The notes under the pieces: generated by a model | What the model was told of the DNA's origin: nothing | The model's input: the letters and a program-made list of their open reading frames with translations, nothing else | Databases searched by the model: none | Origin: Candidatus Eiseniibacteriota bacterium | Lineage (GTDB): Bacteria; Eisenbacteria; RBG-16-71-46 | DNA length: 40,832 nt | Direction of reading: 5' to 3' | Assembly: GCA_031364845.1 (NCBI GenBank) | Contig: JANLWX010000223.1 | Span: 1 to 40,832, forward strand | Shown: piece by piece, positions 9,349-18,288 of the stretch | Layout of the letters: each line of letters opens with the position of its first letter | How positions within the stretch are numbered: position 1 is the first letter of the stretch | Position numbers and translations under genes: made by a program

Positions 9349-10239
9349 GTGACCGTCGTGAGTCCTCGCATCGAGCCCGTGCCCGGGCGTGTGCCGGGCC
9401 GTGATCCTGGAACCGCGGGTATTGGTCCCGTGCCCTCCGCGACACCGGCAGCGACGCCCGCGGCAGCGCCCCAGGCGGCGACGCCCGCCATCGGGCTCGC
9501 GACCCGAGACTACAATCTGTTCTACGGGACTCATCAAGCGCTCAAGTCGGTGACCATCGCGATGCCTGCGAACAGTGTCACGGCCATCATCGGCCCGTCG
9601 GGCTGTGGCAAGAGCACGCTGCTGCGATCCTTCAACCGCATGAACGATCTCATTCTCGGAGTTCGGATCGAAGGCACCGTACAGGTTGCGGACATGAACG
9701 TGTTTGCTTCGGGCACCGACGTCGTCGAGTTGCGCCGGCGTGTCGGAATGGTGTTCCAGCGTCCGAACCCGTTCCCCAAGTCGATATTTGAGAACGTCGT
9801 GTTCGGGCTGCGCATGCTGGGCCTCAAGGACCGCGTCGAGCTTGTGGCGCGCGGCGAAGACGCGTTGCGACGGGCAGCGTTGTGGGAAGAGGTCAAGGAC
9901 CGTCTCAGCGCTTCGGCGCTTCAGTTGTCCGGCGGGCAGCAGCAGCGTCTTTGCATTGCTCGCTGCCTCGCGGTCGAACCCGACGTGATCTTGATGGACG
10001 AGCCCGCCTCGGCCCTCGATCCGACCGCAACCGCGCGAATCGAAGAATTGATCCTGGACCTCAAGGCGCGGTACACGATCGCCGTCGTGACCCACAATAT
10101 GCAACAGGCGGCCCGCATCTCGGACCAGACCGCATTCATGCTGTCGGGATCGCTGATCGAATTCGACGACACCCGCCGACTGTTCACGAGTCCCCGCGAG
10201 CGGCTCACCGAGGACTACATCACCGGACGATTCGGCTGA
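9349..10239 (+). CDS. pstB: Phosphate ABC transporter ATP-binding protein PstB
   Basis: [74 protein letters not shown]. Exact start uncertain because of a Pro/Ala-rich N-terminus. Confidence 0.95.
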   Translation: MTVVSPRIEPVPGRVPGRDPGTAGIGPVPSATPAATPAAAPQAATPAIGLATRDYNLFYGTHQALKSVTIAMPANSVTAIIGPSGCGKSTLLRSFNRMNDLILGVRIEGTVQVADMNVFASGTDVVELRRRVGMVFQRPNPFPKSIFENVVFGLRMLGLKDRVELVARGEDALRRAALWEEVKDRLSASALQLSGGQQQRLCIARCLAVEPDVILMDEPASALDPTATARIEELILDLKARYTIAVVTHNMQQAARISDQTAFMLSGSLIEFDDTRRLFTSPRERLTEDYITGRFG

Positions 10240-10283
10240 TACCCGGAGCCCCACCCGCCTCCCCGGGAAAGGAGCATCCACAT

Positions 10284-10961
10284 TTGGAACGGCATTTCGA
10301 GCAGGACCTCGATGCGCTCAAGGAGCAATTGCTTCTCATGGGCGGTCGGGCTGAGAGCGTCGTGCAGAAATCAATCCGGGCCCTCGAGCGGCGCGATGCG
10401 GCGCTGGCACGTGAAGTGTTCGCCGACGATCACATCATCGATCGCCAGGAAATCGAAGTCGAGGAGCGCTGCATCCGCCTGTTGGCGCTTCAGCAGCCGC
10501 TGGCGCGTGACCTCCGCTTCATCACCGCCGCGCTCAAGATCTCGAACGATCTCGAGCGGGTAGGCGACCACGCAGTCAACATCGCAGGCTCGGCCCTGCG
10601 CTTGTCGGAAGAGCCGGAGCTCAAACCGCTCGTCGACATCCCCCGTATGGAGGTACTCGCGACCGCGATGCTTCGCGAGGCGCTCGACAACTTCGTGCGC
10701 CAGGATTCGGAGTCGGCACGCCGACTCGTGCGTCGCGATGACGAGGTCGACAATCTCAACCGCCAGGTGTTCCGCGAGTTGATCTCCTTCATGGTCGAGG
10801 ATCCGAAGACCATCTCGCGAGCGCTGGAGTTGATTCTGGTGGCGCGCAACCTCGAGCGTGTTGCGGATCTCGCGACGAACATCGCCGAGGAGGTCGTGTT
10901 CATCGCCGAAGCGCGGATCATCAAGCATCACGCCGAGGACGTCGACTTCGGGCGAACGTAG
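10284..10961 (+). CDS. phoU: Phosphate signalling protein PhoU
   Basis: TTG start after AAGGAG; QQPLARDLR, DLERVGDHAVNIA, DDEVD, RNLERVADLATNIAE. Confidence 0.95.
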   Translation: MERHFEQDLDALKEQLLLMGGRAESVVQKSIRALERRDAALAREVFADDHIIDRQEIEVEERCIRLLALQQPLARDLRFITAALKISNDLERVGDHAVNIAGSALRLSEEPELKPLVDIPRMEVLATAMLREALDNFVRQDSESARRLVRRDDEVDNLNRQVFRELISFMVEDPKTISRALELILVARNLERVADLATNIAEEVVFIAEARIIKHHAEDVDFGRT

Positions 10962-11008
10962 ACTGCCAAACGCTCAAATTCCCCGGCCCGCCATAACGTG
11001 CCGCTGAC

Positions 11009-11410
11009 TCATGCATGCGCGGAACACGCATCGCGGCAGCGCCGCGCGGCGATCACGCGATACACGTTCCGGGCGAGCGCGCGCGCTCCGGGGATCGCGA
11101 ACAACCCGCCCACTAACCTGCCGTAAGGCAGTACGCGCACCAGCGCCTCGGCGGCCGCCGCTCCCGCGTGGGTCGTGCCGTCCGGCTCGACCAGTTGCAT
11201 CGCCGCGTCGAGCTCACGGCGCGTGATCCACGGAAAGCGCGACGCGATGTCACCGGCGTGCGACGGAACCAGCTCGATCCGCCGGTCCCGGTCCCAGCGC
11301 TCGACCCGGGCCGCCCACGCGCGGCACATCGGACACGTGTCGTCGTAGATCAGCGCATGTCGAGGGCCGGCATCATCGCTCGGCCGTGACGGCGAATGCG
11401 GTTCGCTCAT
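11009..11410 (-). CDS. DCC1/DUF393-family thiol-disulfide oxidoreductase
   Basis: LIYDDTCPMC (DxxCxxC) N-terminal motif; YRVIAARR near the C-terminus; ATGA overlap with the upstream gene stop. Confidence 0.85.
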   Translation of the reverse strand: MSEPHSPSRPSDDAGPRHALIYDDTCPMCRAWAARVERWDRDRRIELVPSHAGDIASRFPWITRRELDAAMQLVEPDGTTHAGAAAAEALVRVLPYGRLVGGLFAIPGARALARNVYRVIAARRCRDACSAHA

Positions 11411-11751
11411 TCGTCGTCGGTCGAGCGGCGCGTGCGTTTGCGGGCGGAGTCGAGACGCTTCTCGGTGAGCCGGCGTTCGACCGCGGCCCTGCCCGGCTTG
11501 GTCGCGACGCGGGGCTTCGGTTTGCGCGCGCGGCGGCGCAGCTCCTCCCAGATCCGTTCGAGCGCCAGCGCGCGGTTTCGGTACTGCGAGCGATGCTCGG
11601 TGGCAACGCGCGTGATTCCGCTCGGCACGTGCCGGGCGCGGATGCTCGACTCGGTCTTGTTCTTCTTCTGCCCGCCGGGTCCGGACGACCGGTACGCGGC
11701 GATCACGCAGTCGCGCGCGAGGCGCTCGAGTTGTTCGGGCGTGGGTTTCAT
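11407..11751 (-). CDS. Release-factor-like peptidyl-tRNA hydrolase (ArfB/YaeJ-like ribosome rescue factor)
   Basis: SSGPGGQKKNKT (GGQ), RSQYRNR, and a basic tail RVATKPGRAAVERRLTEKRLDSARKRTRR; 114 aa. Confidence 0.85.
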   Translation of the reverse strand: MKPTPEQLERLARDCVIAAYRSSGPGGQKKNKTESSIRARHVPSGITRVATEHRSQYRNRALALERIWEELRRRARKPKPRVATKPGRAAVERRLTEKRLDSARKRTRRSTDDE

Positions 11752-11757
11752 ACCTTC

Positions 11758-12885
11758 CTATTCGAGCTGCTTGTGGAATCGCAGCGTGCTGAACGTGAAG
11801 TAGAGCAGCGCGAAACCGACCAGCGCCAGCGCCTGCGGCCACAGGGCTTCGAGTCCGACGCCCTTGAGCACGATGCTGCGCACGATCTGCAGATAGTACG
11901 TGAGCGGCAGCGCCAGACCCATTTCGCGCGCGAATGGCGGCATGCCTTCGCGCGGGAACATGAAGCCCGACAGCAGTACGTTCGGCAGCAGGAACATGAA
12001 CGAGACCTGCATCGCCTGCGCCTGCGTCTTCGCGAGCGTGGAGATGAACAGGCCGAGGCCCAGGTTCGCGACGATGAACGGGAACGAGAGCAGGTAGATG
12101 AGCAGCAGGCTGCCGCGGATCGGCACGTGGAACAGGTAGTGGCCCACCAGCAGCACCGCGGTGATCTGGGCGAAGCCGACGATCACGTAAGGGGCGATCT
12201 TTCCGATCATGATTTCCGACGGTTTGAGTGGCGTGACGATGAGCTGCTCGAGCGTGCCGTGCTCGCGCTCGCGCACCACGGCCATGGCGGTGATGACGAT
12301 CAGGATGTTGGAGAGGATCATGCCGATGATGCCCGGCACGATGAACAACGGGCTCGACAGCGCGGGGTTGTAGAGCGGCCGCACGCGCACCTCGATCGGC
12401 AGCGCCTCCTGCCGGGTCGCCCCGACGCGGCGCGCGATGATCTCGAGGCTGCTGCGCTGGCCGACGAGTTGTGCCGCGCCGATCGCGCTCTGCGATGCGG
12501 TTGGCGACGACGCGTCGACCAGCACCTGCACCGTGGCGCCGCTGCCGCGCTTCACGCGGCGCGCGTAGTTCTCGGGGATCACGATCGCCGCACTCGCGCG
12601 CCCGTTGTCGACCTGGCGGATCGCGTCACCGTACGAATGCACGTGTGCCCGGATCACGAAGTTGCCGGTCGCCTCGAAGCGCTGGACGAGATCCCGGCTC
12701 TCCTGGGTGCGGCTCTGGTCGTAGACCGCGGTCGGCAGGTTGCGCACGTCCATGCGGATCGCGTAACCGAACATCAGCAGCTGCATGACCGGGACGACGA
12801 GCATGAGCCCGAGCGTGCCGCGGTCGCGGCGCATCTGGATGAACTCCTTCATGAAGATCGAGCGCAGGCGCCCCGGATTCATCAT
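11758..12885 (-). CDS. ABC-2 type exporter permease (YbhR/YbhS/YhhJ-like)
   Basis: KEFIQMRRD, QLLMFGYA, YNP, REREHGTLEQLIVTP, GKIAPY, LSGFMFP, PLTY motifs. Confidence 0.92.
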   Translation of the reverse strand: MMNPGRLRSIFMKEFIQMRRDRGTLGLMLVVPVMQLLMFGYAIRMDVRNLPTAVYDQSRTQESRDLVQRFEATGNFVIRAHVHSYGDAIRQVDNGRASAAIVIPENYARRVKRGSGATVQVLVDASSPTASQSAIGAAQLVGQRSSLEIIARRVGATRQEALPIEVRVRPLYNPALSSPLFIVPGIIGMILSNILIVITAMAVVREREHGTLEQLIVTPLKPSEIMIGKIAPYVIVGFAQITAVLLVGHYLFHVPIRGSLLLIYLLSFPFIVANLGLGLFISTLAKTQAQAMQVSFMFLLPNVLLSGFMFPREGMPPFAREMGLALPLTYYLQIVRSIVLKGVGLEALWPQALALVGFALLYFTFSTLRFHKQLE

Positions 12886-13625
12886 CCTGCGCCCTGCTCC
12901 TGCAGCATCACGAAGATGTCTTCGAGCGTGCGGTTGCCGCCGAACGTGGCCCGCACTTCCGCGGGCGTGCCGAGGGCGGTGAGCTTGCCGAGCGATAGGA
13001 ATGCGATGCGATCGAAGCGCTCGGCCTCGTCCATGTAGTGCGTCGTGCAGATGATCGTGGTGCCGTCGGCGGCGAGCCCGCGGATGATCTCCCAGAACAG
13101 CCGCCGCGCTCCGGGATCGACACCGGCGGTCGGTTCGTCGAGGAACAGCACCGGCGGCTGATGGAGCACGGCACAGCCCAGTGCCAGGCGTTGCTTCTGC
13201 CCGCCCGACATCACGCCCGTGATGCGGTCACCGATCTCCGAAAGATGCATGCGCTGCTTGGCCCACGCGATCCGCGGCTCGAGTTCCTGGTCGAGTCCAT
13301 AGACGCCGCCGTAGAAGCGCAGGTTCTCATCCACGGTCAGATCGCGATAGAGACCGAACGCCTGCGACATGTAGCCGATGTGCGCTTTCACTCGATCCGG
13401 GTTCGCGACCACGTCGTATCCCGCGACGCGCGCGGTGCCGCTGCTCGGAGCGATCAGGCCGCACAGCATGCGGATGGTCGTGGTTTTGCCGGAGCCGTTG
13501 GGCCCGAGGATGCCGAAGATCTCCCCCGCGCGGATGTCGAACGTGACGCGATCGACCGCCGTGACCGCGCCGAAGCGGCGCGTGATGTCGTTGACCTCGA
13601 CCGCGGGCGCGCGATCGGGATTCAA
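12882..13625 (-). CDS. ABC transporter ATP-binding protein (YbhF-like, single NBD)
   Basis: GPNGSGKTT, IGYMSQ, SGGQKQR, FLDEPTAGVDP, TTHYMDEAE; TTG start overlapping the upstream TGA. Confidence 0.92.
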   Translation of the reverse strand: MNPDRAPAVEVNDITRRFGAVTAVDRVTFDIRAGEIFGILGPNGSGKTTTIRMLCGLIAPSSGTARVAGYDVVANPDRVKAHIGYMSQAFGLYRDLTVDENLRFYGGVYGLDQELEPRIAWAKQRMHLSEIGDRITGVMSGGQKQRLALGCAVLHQPPVLFLDEPTAGVDPGARRLFWEIIRGLAADGTTIICTTHYMDEAERFDRIAFLSLGKLTALGTPAEVRATFGGNRTLEDIFVMLQEQGAG

Positions 13626-14575
13626 CGTCCATCCACGAGGCGCACGTCCGCCGGCAGACCGGCCTTGAGCGCGCCGCCGCTCGGCTCGATCACGATCTTG
13701 ACCGCGAACACGAGGTTCGCGCGCTCTTCCTCGGTGAGTGCGGCGCGCGGCGTGAACTCGGCGCGCGGCGAGATCTCCACGACCCGGCCGCGAAACGCGC
13801 GTTTCGTTCCGTCGATCGTGATCGAGACCGAGGCCCCGAGCTGGACGCGCGTCAGCTTGGGCGCAGCGACGTAGCAGCGCATCCACAAGCTGTCCGGGTT
13901 GCCGAGCGTGATGACGGCCGCTCCCGGTAACGCGAGTTCCCCGGCTTCGAAGTTCCGAAGAAGAACGACGCCGCGCGATGGGGCCGTGAGCACCAGCTCT
14001 CCCGCGCGCGTCCGTGCTCCGGCGAGCTGTGCGCGCGCGGCCACCGCGGCCTGCGCTGCCGCCGCAATCTGGCCGCTGCGATATCCGGATTGCAGCAGTC
14101 GCACCTGCTGGGACGCCGCATCGCGCCGTGCCGCCGCCGCCTCGCTCGCGCTGCGCGAGCGGTCGAGTTCCTGTGCGGTCGCCAGATTCTGAGCGGCGAG
14201 TGTCTCGACGCGTTTGAATTCGGCAGCGGCGAGCGCCGCCTGTGCTGTGGCCGCCGCGAGGTCCGCGCGGGCGGCGGCGATCTCGGCACTGCGCGGGCCC
14301 GATTGTAGATCTCGCAGCTGCTCGCCCGCGCGCGCAGCCTGCGCGGTCTGCGCATCGATGTCGGCCGCCATCTCGCCGCGGTCGAGCACCGCGAGCGTAT
14401 CCCCCGCGCTCACGGTATCGCCTTCGTCGTAGGCGAGGCGCACGACCCTCCCTCCCACCATCGAGGACACGTCGATTTCGTCCATCTCCACGGTTCCGCT
14501 GCCGATCACGCCCGCGCCACCGCGCGAGCATCCGGCCACTACGATCAGTACCGCGAGTCCTGCGAGGCGGCGCAT
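13622..14575 (-). CDS. HlyD-family membrane fusion lipoprotein (YbhG/YhiI-like)
   Basis: Lipobox VAGC; GGRV...EGDTVSAGDTL lipoyl half; Ala-rich helical hairpin; ISPRAEFTP; LKAGLPAD. Alternative start at 14587. Confidence 0.9.
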   Translation of the reverse strand: MRRLAGLAVLIVVAGCSRGGAGVIGSGTVEMDEIDVSSMVGGRVVRLAYDEGDTVSAGDTLAVLDRGEMAADIDAQTAQAARAGEQLRDLQSGPRSAEIAAARADLAAATAQAALAAAEFKRVETLAAQNLATAQELDRSRSASEAAAARRDAASQQVRLLQSGYRSGQIAAAAQAAVAARAQLAGARTRAGELVLTAPSRGVVLLRNFEAGELALPGAAVITLGNPDSLWMRCYVAAPKLTRVQLGASVSITIDGTKRAFRGRVVEISPRAEFTPRAALTEEERANLVFAVKIVIEPSGGALKAGLPADVRLVDGR

Positions 14576-14639
14576 CGGAAAACGCATCGGCAATCGGATC
14601 CTTTCGAAGTTCGTTCCAGCGCGCGGAGTCGTGAAAATC

Positions 14640-15440
14640 TCACCGTGTGAGCACCGGATCGAGCACTTGCGCGATCCGGCCGGCAATGTGCTCGCGCACG
14701 ACGGAGACGTTGCCTGCCGGTATGACGATGAAGTCGCTTTCCCCCGCTCCGGGCATCACGAGCAATTCGCGACCATTCCACACCACGCGCGCGAGTTCGA
14801 CCCTCGCTCCGATCCGCACGCCGTATACCGCATCCGGTGAAGGCGGTCCGGCGACGCGCGTGAGGATCGCGATGCGGCCCGCTGTCAGGTCGGGCACGCG
14901 GCGCACACATTCCGAATCGAGAACATACGCGAACGGCCGTACCCATGCCTCTGCGTCCACGAGCACACGCGAGTCGAGGCTCAGCGTGCGCAGAACCGGA
15001 CACGCGGGGCGCAATGCGTCACCCGGGTCCGCGCCCGCTTCGATGACCGGGATGCGAAGGCGCGCGAACGAGTCGCCGGCCCCGCGTGAAGGCGCGGGCG
15101 GCTCGTGCGGTGCCCAGGTCCCGTCGGCGTAGGCGGCCAGCTCGGAATCCTCGAGCAGCTCGCGCGTCGCTGAGAGGACCGTCCGCAGATCGGTGCGCTG
15201 GAGTGCTCGAGCCCAGGCGGCGAACACGTGTTCGCTTTCGCCAACCGCTCGGGCCAGTCGAATCGCCACGGCTTCAGTGGGTACACGCTGGCCATTCTCT
15301 ATATGGAAAACATAGGCGGCCGATCTAAGGCCTGCCCGGGAGGCAATGGTTTGAAAGGACAGGCCGAGGGAGAGGCGCCGGCGTCGGAGACGATCACGAA
15401 CCGGATCGGGCGGGTGGGACGGCGTCGCAGCGGCTTTCAT
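14640..15440 (-). CDS. XRE-family HTH regulator with a degenerate LexA/CI (S24)-like C-terminal domain
   Basis: RLRRRRLSLGLSFQTIASRAGL...YVFHIENGQRVP is an HTH_3 pattern. The C-terminal IPVIEAG...FAYVL...IAGRI layout resembles S24 but the catalytic motif is not evident. Confidence 0.75.
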   Translation of the reverse strand: MKAAATPSHPPDPVRDRLRRRRLSLGLSFQTIASRAGLRSAAYVFHIENGQRVPTEAVAIRLARAVGESEHVFAAWARALQRTDLRTVLSATRELLEDSELAAYADGTWAPHEPPAPSRGAGDSFARLRIPVIEAGADPGDALRPACPVLRTLSLDSRVLVDAEAWVRPFAYVLDSECVRRVPDLTAGRIAILTRVAGPPSPDAVYGVRIGARVELARVVWNGRELLVMPGAGESDFIVIPAGNVSVVREHIAGRIAQVLDPVLTR

Positions 15441-15480
15441 GGCAGCAATCTAGCTCATGATGCCGTGCGCCACCACATCA

Positions 15481-15498
15481 ATTCTCTATCGGGAGAAT
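15481..15498. promoter_or_regulatory. Inverted repeat ATTCTC-N6-GAGAAT, candidate operator
   Basis: Perfect 6-6-6 dyad 40 bp upstream of the XRE gene; a further AGAGAATT at 15533-15540. Confidence 0.35.
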
Positions 15499-15540
15499 AC
15501 GGGAGCCGTTACGGTCGAGTCGGCTTTGGAACAGAGAATT

Positions 15541-16083
15541 TCAGCGCGGCGTGGAGTCGTAGCGGCGCTTGATCGCGCCCCAGGTCCCGCGAATGGCCGG
15601 CGTCGAGACGTCGAGCCCGAGACTTTCGCCGATCCCATCGAGCAGGAGCGAGGGGGCTGTCGAAGGATCTCCGAAGCTGCACTCCGAGGTCGTCACGACG
15701 AATCGGGCGACTGCCTCGGCGCGCGAACTGTCGGAGGCCACCGCCAGCACCCGCAAGGCATAGCGGCCGGTCGGCAGCGCCGGCGGCACGAAGAACGCCG
15801 CCTCGCGGCGCACGAGCTGGTGCGGCTCGAGTGGGGCCCGGAAGGCGCGGGGCCCGATCTCGGTCGTGTCCTCGTGGGTGATCGACACGTAAACCTTTAC
15901 CCGCAGCGGATCTTCGCCGTCGTTCCAGAGCGCGAACGTCAGCTGGCCGCGCCCGCAGTGGACGAGCGTGTCGGGGCGCACGCCGGCGCGGACCTGCACC
16001 GCGGCGCTGGCGGGAATCGCGGTCGCCACGGCACCCAGGATCATGAGGCCGAGCACGATGAAGCGGTGGGGCAGACGAGGCAC
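15541..16083 (-). CDS. Secreted hypothetical protein (Ig-like) with a C-terminal TWGxIK motif
   Basis: GTG start; signal peptide ending ASA; PPALPTGRYALRV beta-sandwich pattern; ends TPAIRGTWGAIKRRYDSTPR. Confidence 0.7.
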   Translation of the reverse strand: MPRLPHRFIVLGLMILGAVATAIPASAAVQVRAGVRPDTLVHCGRGQLTFALWNDGEDPLRVKVYVSITHEDTTEIGPRAFRAPLEPHQLVRREAAFFVPPALPTGRYALRVLAVASDSSRAEAVARFVVTTSECSFGDPSTAPSLLLDGIGESLGLDVSTPAIRGTWGAIKRRYDSTPR

Positions 16084-16259
16084 GATCGAAACTCCCGGGA
16101 AAAAGACGTGAGCGCTTTGGGACCGACGCAAGCCTATCACGCTCCGGCGGCGGAACTGATGCGATTTCCTATAGAACGGACGGAATCCGAGGTCGTGACC
16201 GATCGCGCACTCGCGGTCCATTGACGGCAGAGGTTTCGGCTTGGGACTCTGGGTTCATC

Positions 16260-17267
16260 ATGACCCGCATCCAGGACGTCGGTGAGTTCGAAGCCATCCG
16301 CCGCCTGCTCGCGGCCCGGCCGAAGGTGCAGGGCGTGGTCGTCGGCAGCGGCGACGATGCGGCCGTGCTCACGCCCGAGCCGGGCATGGAACTCGTCGTC
16401 ACCACCGACACGTTCGTCGAAGGCCGCCATTGGCGATCGGAATGGATCGGCGCCCACGCGCTGGGCGCTCGCCTTTCGGCGGCGAATCTCAGCGACCTCG
16501 CGGCGATGGCGGCGCGGCCTCAATGGGCGGTGGTGTCCTACGGGATGCGGCGTGATCACGATCTTGAAGACCTGCTCGCATTCGATGCCGGGCTTTCCTT
16601 GGCGCTGGTGGCCGATGGCGCGGGACTCGTGGGCGGCAACTTCGCGGCGGTCGACGGGCCGGAGTGGTTCGGGCTCACGTTGTTCGGCGCGTGCGCACCC
16701 GACCGCGCGTGGCGGCGTTCGGGCGCACGGGCCTCCGACGCGATCGCGGTCACCGGTTCTCCGGGCCGCGCGGCCGCCGGACTTCAACTGGCGCAGCGTT
16801 TCGGCTTACCGGACGCCGCTGCGTGGTGGGCGCCGCTGTTCGAAGCGTGGGCCGCGCCGCGTTCACGCGTCGGGTTTGCGCGATCGATCGCCGCCATCGA
16901 TGCCGTGCGTGCCGCGATCGATGTGTCCGATGGATTCGCCGCCGACCTCGGGCATCTGTGCGATGCGAGCGCTGTGGGCGCCGAGATCGACGCATGGCCA
17001 CCGGACCCGCTGATCGAGCGCGCGGCGGACGAGCTCGGCGTTTCGATCGAAGCGCTGAGATTCGGTGCGGGCGACGACTACGAACTGGCGCTCGCGGTCG
17101 CCCCCCCTGCGCGGGCTCGCTGCGAATCGATCGCACGCGATGCAAACGTGCCGCTGACGTGGGTCGGCCACTTCACCGCGAATCCCTCCGAGCGGACGTG
17201 GATCGATTCCGAGGGCGCGCGACGCTCTCTGCCGCGCTCGGGCTGGGATCACTTCACGCAGCGTTGA
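16260..17267 (+). CDS. thiL: Thiamine-monophosphate kinase
   Basis: GEFEAI, GDDAAVL, TTDTFVEGRH, NLSDLAAMAARP, IDVSDG, GDDYEL, GWDHF. Confidence 0.93.
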   Translation: MTRIQDVGEFEAIRRLLAARPKVQGVVVGSGDDAAVLTPEPGMELVVTTDTFVEGRHWRSEWIGAHALGARLSAANLSDLAAMAARPQWAVVSYGMRRDHDLEDLLAFDAGLSLALVADGAGLVGGNFAAVDGPEWFGLTLFGACAPDRAWRRSGARASDAIAVTGSPGRAAAGLQLAQRFGLPDAAAWWAPLFEAWAAPRSRVGFARSIAAIDAVRAAIDVSDGFAADLGHLCDASAVGAEIDAWPPDPLIERAADELGVSIEALRFGAGDDYELALAVAPPARARCESIARDANVPLTWVGHFTANPSERTWIDSEGARRSLPRSGWDHFTQR

Positions 17268-17273
17268 AACCGC

Positions 17274-18218
17274 CTACCGATACAGCGTCTTCACCCGTCC
17301 CCACGTGCTCGGAATCAGCGGCGTGACGCAGTTGCCGTCGCTGCCGAAATTCGTGGGATCGATCTCCGACCACTGAGCCGCGCCGTGATCGGACCGGTTG
17401 CCGCAGAACTCGATCGAGCGGTTCGCGATCCCGACCGTAGGCACGAACTGGCCCGTGGTCCACAGTCCCGCCGCCACCGCGGTGGCTTCGTTCGCCTGCC
17501 CGCCCGCGCCGTACTGGACGTAGTCGACGATCTGCGTGCCGTCGGTGAGTGCCGTATGGCCGCTCACGGTGTTGGGCGTGTAGAGCGCCACCGAGCCCGC
17601 GGCATCGGGCAGTGCCGAGAGCAGCGGAGCGAACACGTTGCTGGTGCTGTTGGTTCCAGTCGCGTTGGGATGGATCACGACGATCCCGTTCGCACCCACC
17701 GTGATCGAGGCGATCGGCAGGCCTTCGACGTCGCCCGGAATCGCGAGACGGTAGCGCCCGAGATTGCCGGAGGCCGTTCCCATGTTGGTGATCTCGATCA
17801 GGTCGGGTCCGCCGCCCGCGTTGTAGAGCACTTCGGTGATCCGAAAGTCGGCGACCGCGGCACCCGAGCCCGGCTGCACCGTGATCGAGCCGGTCATGTC
17901 CGGGAAATGCGGGATGCAGAAGTAGGGAATCGAGCCGGTGCGATCACTCTTCCAGGTGAACGCAGAATTCGATCCGCCGCCGCCGGCGCTCAGGATGTCG
18001 GAGTTGAAGATGCCGTCTCCGACCTTGCCGTCGGTGCCACTCGTCACGCTATGGTTGCCGCCGGTCCACACCCACACGACCTGATCGCCGAGGTTGACGG
18101 TCACCGCGCTGGGGGAGAACTGAAAGTTGCCGACATCGACGCGCACCTGGCCCGCGTGGGCCCAAGTCGAAGCGAGAAGTGCCATCAGAGCGAACAGGGA
18201 TGCGAGTCGACGGTGCAC
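17274..18218 (-). CDS. Secreted cupredoxin (type-1 copper) plus lamin-tail-like domain protein with a C-terminal TWGxVK motif
   Basis: Signal peptide AHA; FSPSAVTVNLGD, NHSVT, YFCIPHFPDM (His/Cys/His/Met ligands); RITEVLYN...IEITN...VDYVQYG lamin-tail pattern; ends STWGRVKTLYR. Confidence 0.85.
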   Translation of the reverse strand: MHRRLASLFALMALLASTWAHAGQVRVDVGNFQFSPSAVTVNLGDQVVWVWTGGNHSVTSGTDGKVGDGIFNSDILSAGGGGSNSAFTWKSDRTGSIPYFCIPHFPDMTGSITVQPGSGAAVADFRITEVLYNAGGGPDLIEITNMGTASGNLGRYRLAIPGDVEGLPIASITVGANGIVVIHPNATGTNSTSNVFAPLLSALPDAAGSVALYTPNTVSGHTALTDGTQIVDYVQYGAGGQANEATAVAAGLWTTGQFVPTVGIANRSIEFCGNRSDHGAAQWSEIDPTNFGSDGNCVTPLIPSTWGRVKTLYR

Positions 18219-18288
18219 GATGCCCTCCTCACGAATGTTCGACCGGCGCCCGCGCCGGTGCTTTCCGGGCTTGCGCCCGAAGGTGGCG

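Noticed and set aside
11386..13038. Long + strand ORF (550 aa), and similar shadow ORFs such as 21920-23809, 19274-20701, 30122-31939, 33321-35555 and 38253-39722
   Set aside because: They are antisense or alternate-frame to well-supported genes, Arg/Ala-rich and motif-free, as expected in high-GC DNA.
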